A stretch of 57,650 nucleotides of DNA from an uncultured Candidatus Saccharibacteria bacterium. Its GTDB lineage: Bacteria; Patescibacteriota; Minisyncoccia; Phycocordibacterales; UBA1006. A program made the translations under genes and the position numbers. The stretch covers positions 1-57,650 of the forward strand of contig CAYXKF010000005.1 of NCBI GenBank assembly GCA_964464735.1, read 5' to 3'. Shown piece by piece: positions 55,016 through 57,650 of the stretch. Positions within the stretch are counted from its first letter, which is position 1; each line of letters begins with the position of its first letter. The notes under the pieces are model-generated. The model was not told the DNA's origin and searched no databases. It saw only the letters and a list, made by a program, of their open reading frames with translations.

Positions 55016-55597
55016 TTAATTGGTTCCAAATTTGAACTGCGGGAATGTTTTTCCAGATATAAATTCGCCGACACGTTCAGGAAGTTTTGACGCATCTATT
55101 TCACTTAAAAGCTTTATCAGTTGCTTTTTATGAAAATCACGCTCGTCCTTTAACTGGTAAGCAGCTTCGCGGGCTTCGGATTTGGTGTAAAAAGGTTCAT
55201 TTAATATTCCTTTTTTCGTTATAAAGTATCCACCTTTTTCAGGAACAATATCGCATATATGAAATACGGGAACTTTGGTCTTTTTTGCAGCATAGATAAG
55301 CGCGGGCACCTGCAAGATATGTACTGAATAATGAACGTTTTTTTCGAAGTCAAAAATATCACGTTCACTTTTACTGTATTGATACGTCGGTATTTTAAGC
55401 TTAAGCAAGTCTGTAAGCAATTTTGCATAGTTTTCGTATGGTATACGAGGATTTTGAACATCGCCTGCAACCTTACAAACCAACAACATCAACCCATCGT
55501 TTTTGGTTATAAATGGGTCACTAACATTGCCTCCGTCAAACGAACGGAATACGTACGCGCCATCGCAAGGAATAAGGTGGTAAGTTACCTGTTTCAT
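55016..55597 (-). CDS. hypothetical protein with an apparent internal duplication
   Basis: 193 aa. YHLIPCDGAYVFRSFDGGNVSDPFITKND...LLTDLLKLKIP parallels FHICDIVPEKGGYFITKKGILNEPFYTKSE...LIKLLSEIDASKLP. Confidence 0.5.
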   Translation of the reverse strand: MKQVTYHLIPCDGAYVFRSFDGGNVSDPFITKNDGLMLLVCKVAGDVQNPRIPYENYAKLLTDLLKLKIPTYQYSKSERDIFDFEKNVHYSVHILQVPALIYAAKKTKVPVFHICDIVPEKGGYFITKKGILNEPFYTKSEAREAAYQLKDERDFHKKQLIKLLSEIDASKLPERVGEFISGKTFPQFKFGTN

Positions 55598-55717
55598 TTT
55601 TCGTAAAGTTTGGTTCCCCTTTAGCCTACCGCAACCAAAATGTTTGTCAAAATAAAAAAATCCCCAGCATATCGCTTAGGGATTTTTCTTATTTATTTGG
55701 ATCCTTCTATATTTTTA

Positions 55718-56203
55718 TCAAGCCGCCAGTTCTTCTGGTTCAGGGTTCCAGGCAAAATCCTGTTTTTGATTTAGATAATCATCATAGTCAGCAGGGTTAA
55801 GAAGAAGTTGGTAAGAATACCTTTTACCGCCGGTTATGTACAGCCAGCTTTTTGTTAATGGCACTGATATTTCAAGAACTACCTTCGATGGTTCGTCAGA
55901 AGGTAATTGCTGAACTTTGCGTGGGTAAAAGAAAGAGGAAAAATCTTCCAAAGCTTCTTTTTCTTTATAAGCAACATGCACCCTTCCGTGCCGGTTTACT
56001 ATTTCACATTCCTCTATAATACCTTCTTTTTGTATCGTTTCCCTTTTAGTGTATTTTTCTCCTATTCCAAGAGCTACAAGAAACCCCGCGGCAACTCCAG
56101 GTAAGATCGCTACAATTAGGCTATTGTCCGAAGGGGCAAAAAAACTGAATAAGAAGTAAGCAAAGGCAGTGAACACACCGCCGCTAAATATAAAAGTTAC
56201 CAT
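55718..56203 (-). CDS. hypothetical membrane protein
   Basis: From ATG 56203: MVTFIFSGGVFTAFAYFLFSFFAP... with two TM segments then a soluble domain. The track start at 56230 is a TTG. Confidence 0.5.
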   Translation of the reverse strand: MVTFIFSGGVFTAFAYFLFSFFAPSDNSLIVAILPGVAAGFLVALGIGEKYTKRETIQKEGIIEECEIVNRHGRVHVAYKEKEALEDFSSFFYPRKVQQLPSDEPSKVVLEISVPLTKSWLYITGGKRYSYQLLLNPADYDDYLNQKQDFAWNPEPEELAA

Positions 56204-56291
56204 GATTTTCTGATTTAAAGTTACGGACAAATCGTCTTATCGGCAATTATCCTCCCGCCCCGACAAAAGTCAAACTGCAAAAAGGTGCAAC

Positions 56292-56317
56292 AAAAAACCG
56301 CCGATCGGCGGTTTTTT
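56292..56317. terminator. rho-independent terminator downstream of the 16S rRNA gene
   Basis: AAAAAACCGCCGATCGGCGGTTTTTT is a perfect palindromic hairpin about 215 nt after the 16S 3' end. Confidence 0.75.
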
Positions 56318-56532
56318 GTTGTTTGTGATATATCCAATAACTCTCCTTTTCCTTTTGCTTCGCTCTATATACCTTTCGCGCATCAGTACTGAAGTGCACG
56401 AACAGGGTTTGGCATAGTGTATCGCTGATACTATGCACGCGCGTTGACTTTAAAGATCTACAACGATGATCTAATTGTACATAAGGTACAAATATCGCCA
56501 ATCCTTTCTATGCAAAAGCATGAAAGTATATC

Positions 56533-57650
56533 AATTGAATTGATCCACGAACAGCTTCCGCTACCCGTGCCTTGTTACGACTTAGTCCCTGTCACCAATC
56601 TCACCGTGGGCCACGCGAATGCGTAGACTTTGGGTGCTACCGGCTCCCTTGACTTGACGGGCGGTGAGTACAAGACTCGAGAACGTATTCACCGTGACGT
56701 TGCTGATTCACGATTACTAGCGATTCCAGCTTCATGAGGTCGAGTTGCAGACCTCAATCCGAACTAGGGGTGCTTTTGAGGGTTTGCTCAGGCTTGCGCC
56801 GTTGCTTCCCACTGTACCACCCATTGTATCACGTGTGTAGCCCAAGGCATCAAGGGTCATGCTGATTTGGCGTCATCCTCGCCTTCCTCCCGGCCCGATG
56901 GTCACGATTAAATAATCATGCTCATTGGGCCGGGCAGTCTCGTATGACAAATAAAACATACGATGAGGGTTTCGTTCGTTAGCCCACTTAAGGGTACAAT
57001 TCAAACCACGAACTGACGACAACCATGCAACACCTGTCACGCCGTCCTTGCGGACTCTTTCGGTTTCTCGAAAGATTCGTCGTGATTTCTAGCCTTGGTA
57101 AGGTTCTTCGCTTATCGACGAATTAAACCACATGATCCACCGCTTGTGCGAGTCCCCGTCTATTCCTTTGAGTTTTAATCTTGCGATCGTACTACCCAGG
57201 CGGTCCGCTTAATGCGTTAGCTACGCCACAGAGAGGGTCGATACTCCCCATAGCTAGCGGACAGCGTTTAGGGCGTGGACTACTAGGGTATCTAATCCGA
57301 TTCGCTACCCACGCTTTCGTGTCTCAGTGTCAGAAAAGTGCCAGTAAACTGCCTTCGCATTTGGTGTTCCCCATGATATCAACGGATTTCACCCCTACAC
57401 CATGAGTTCCGCACACCTCTCACATACTCAAGCACTACCGTTTCGCTTCTGTTCCCGATGTTGAGCACCGGTCTTTCAAAAGCGACTAATAATGCCACCT
57501 ACTTACCCTTTACGCCCAATAATTCCGGATAACGCTTGGGGCTCTCGTATTACCGCTCCTGCTGGCACGAGATTGGGAGCCCCTTATTCATAGGGTACAC
57601 GTCAGAAATTCCTCCCCTATAAAAGATCTTTACACGCCGAAACGCTTCAT
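56533..57650 (-). rRNA. rrs: 16S rRNA gene, 3' ~1.1 kb (5' part beyond the window)
   Basis: Reverse complement carries GTGCCAGCAGGAGCGGTAATAC (530 loop), GGATTAGATACCCTAGTAGTCC, AAACTCAAAGGAATAGACGGGGACTCGCACAAGCGGTGGATCATGTGG, TGTACTCACCGCCCGTCAAGTC and AAGTCGTAACAAGGCACGGGTAGCGGAAGCTGTTCGTGGATCA. The 3' end is estimated by alignment to the E. coli tail. Confidence 0.95.

Noticed and set aside
56247-56501. ORFs in the 16S trailer and inside the 16S gene (56247-56501, 56444-56626, 57181-57405).
   Set aside because: They overlap rRNA or its processing region and have no coding features. They are artefacts of ORF calling on rDNA.

Overview
This is a 57.65-kb compact chromosomal segment, mostly minus-strand, with short or overlapping gene junctions. 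Gene content and rRNA oddities suggest a Candidate Phyla Radiation / Patescibacteria-type bacterium; that is inference only. TGA and TAA both act as stops, for example the ATGA start/stop overlap at 17153-17156, so the code looks standard. The recognisable core is ftsA-ftsZ, ybeY-rpsU, priA, gltX, rpmA, rplI, ctp, rsmI, an nth-like gene, trhO and a membrane/redox cluster (VKOR, cupin, cytochrome b5-like, AKR, TspO). It also includes a full F1Fo ATP synthase operon, tRNA-Glu(CUC), the head of the dcw cluster (mraZ-rsmH-ftsL-ftsI-murF) and about 1.1 kb of the 3' part of a 16S rRNA gene that runs off the window. No CRISPR array and no intact transposon were seen. Main points of interest: (1) a very AT-rich island directly behind atpC carries a Shedu-type (DUF4263-like) PD-(D/E)xK nuclease with an unrecognised N-terminal region, an overlapping 259-aa partner of unknown function and a 33-codon hydrophobic mini-ORF. 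This is my best candidate for an undescribed defence architecture. (2) Three tandem 550-580-aa Cys-rich paralogues are interleaved with cutA and packed behind rplI. (3) The ATP synthase operon has a 217-aa ORF inserted between atpD and atpC, and atpG has an in-frame TAA. (4) The 16S 3' tail lacks the CCUCC anti-Shine-Dalgarno, genes lack SD motifs, and many operon-leading ATGs sit 5-8 nt after a TATAAT-like box, which suggests leaderless mRNAs. (5) PriA has lost its Walker A, Walker B and arginine-finger motifs. All protein calls come from motif recognition by eye; no database search was run.
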